NCBI GenBank assembly: GCA_026391295.1
Contig: JAPLDS010000042.1
Span: forward strand, 65,684 to 129,683
Length of the DNA stretch: 64,000 nt
Origin: Bacteroidia bacterium
GTDB lineage: Bacteria; Bacteroidota; Bacteroidia; Bacteroidales; Prolixibacteraceae
Reading direction: 5' to 3'
The position numbers were made by a program, and so were the translations under genes. Below are positions 63,807 through 64,000 of the stretch, in pieces. Under the pieces are notes generated by a model. That model did not search any database, was not told the origin of the DNA, and was given only the letters and a program-made list of their open reading frames with translations. Position 1 is the stretch's first letter, and each line of letters opens with the position of its first letter.

Positions 63807-64000
63807 ATGAATTCTCCGAAATTATTCTCCGAACATCTGCGCGAATTGGTCACCTTGTTGCCTGAATTGCCAGGGGTTTATCAGTATTATAATTCGGAGG
63901 GAAAGATCATCTATGTTGGGAAGGCGAAAAATTTGCGCAAGCGCGTAGCCTCCTATTTCACCAAACATCACGACAGTCAAAAGACCGTTATTCTGGTTCG
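63807..64000 (+). CDS. uvrC: excinuclease ABC subunit C, N-terminal GIY-YIG part only (continues beyond the window end)
   Basis: Hand translation from ATG 63807 gives [51 protein letters not shown]. It is not in the ORF track because it has no stop codon in the window. Confidence 0.85.
   Translation, partial: MNSPKLFSEHLRELVTLLPELPGVYQYYNSEGKIIYVGKAKNLRKRVASYFTKHHDSQKTVILV

Noticed and set aside
1-64000. Search for CRISPR arrays, rRNA or tRNA genes, transposases, integrases, phage or defence-system genes
   Set aside because: No regularly spaced direct repeats, no RNA-gene signatures and no mobile-element or known defence-gene motifs were seen. Every ORF longer than about 110 aa outside shadow frames has an ordinary metabolic, envelope or housekeeping assignment.

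Overview
Hand analysis, no tools. This 64-kb chromosomal segment looks like a Bacteroidota genome: roughly 40% GC by eye, no Shine-Dalgarno sequences, and many genes preceded by the Bacteroidetes -7 box TAnnTTTG. Synteny is typical, for example dut / TPR protein / lipoprotein / M23 peptidase, and rbfA next to an FtsX/LolE-like permease. I can support 54 protein-coding genes. Two run off the window ends and one is frameshifted. I also list about ten hairpin terminators and a set of promoter-like boxes. I saw no rRNA, tRNA, CRISPR array, transposase, integrase or phage gene. Several ORF-track starts are TTG or GTG extensions, and I moved these to the first plausible ATG. Most of the window is housekeeping: metG, polA, metH, ruvB, mnmG, dut, dtd, deoC, rpiB, hemW, ybeY, apt, uvrC, rbfA, folB/folK. 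The accessory content is as follows. (1) A TetR-controlled RND efflux operon (1.9-8.5 kb). (2) A small Cys-motif membrane protein, a TonB-dependent receptor and a PepSY protein (8.6-13.2 kb). (3) Two clusters of exported ThuA-like and Tat-signal Gfo/Idh/MocA oxidoreductases (13.8-18.6 kb and 33.4-38.9 kb). (4) A GT2 / GT-C-TPR glycosylation locus whose GT2 gene is broken at an A5 tract (39.1-42.3 kb). The best candidate for an undescribed system is the 33.4-38.9 kb operon. It encodes a membrane-anchored tetrahaem NapC/NirT cytochrome fused to an FGE/SUMF1-type domain, two Tat-exported Gfo/Idh/MocA dehydrogenases and a ThuA-HEAT lipoprotein. Upstream lie a promoter box and three copies of CAGAACGG. 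I read it as a periplasmic, quinone-pool-linked glycoside oxidation module, but that is inference only. DNA-level oddities include a 17-bp perfect inverted repeat (extendable to about 24 bp) over the promoter of the Tat-exported TIM-barrel gene. Another is a 549-bp, extremely AT-rich gene-free gap holding a 13-bp perfect inverted repeat that brackets 218 bp, which resembles an inverton. All hairpin and motif coordinates were counted by hand. All family assignments rest on remembered motifs and need HMM or BLAST confirmation.
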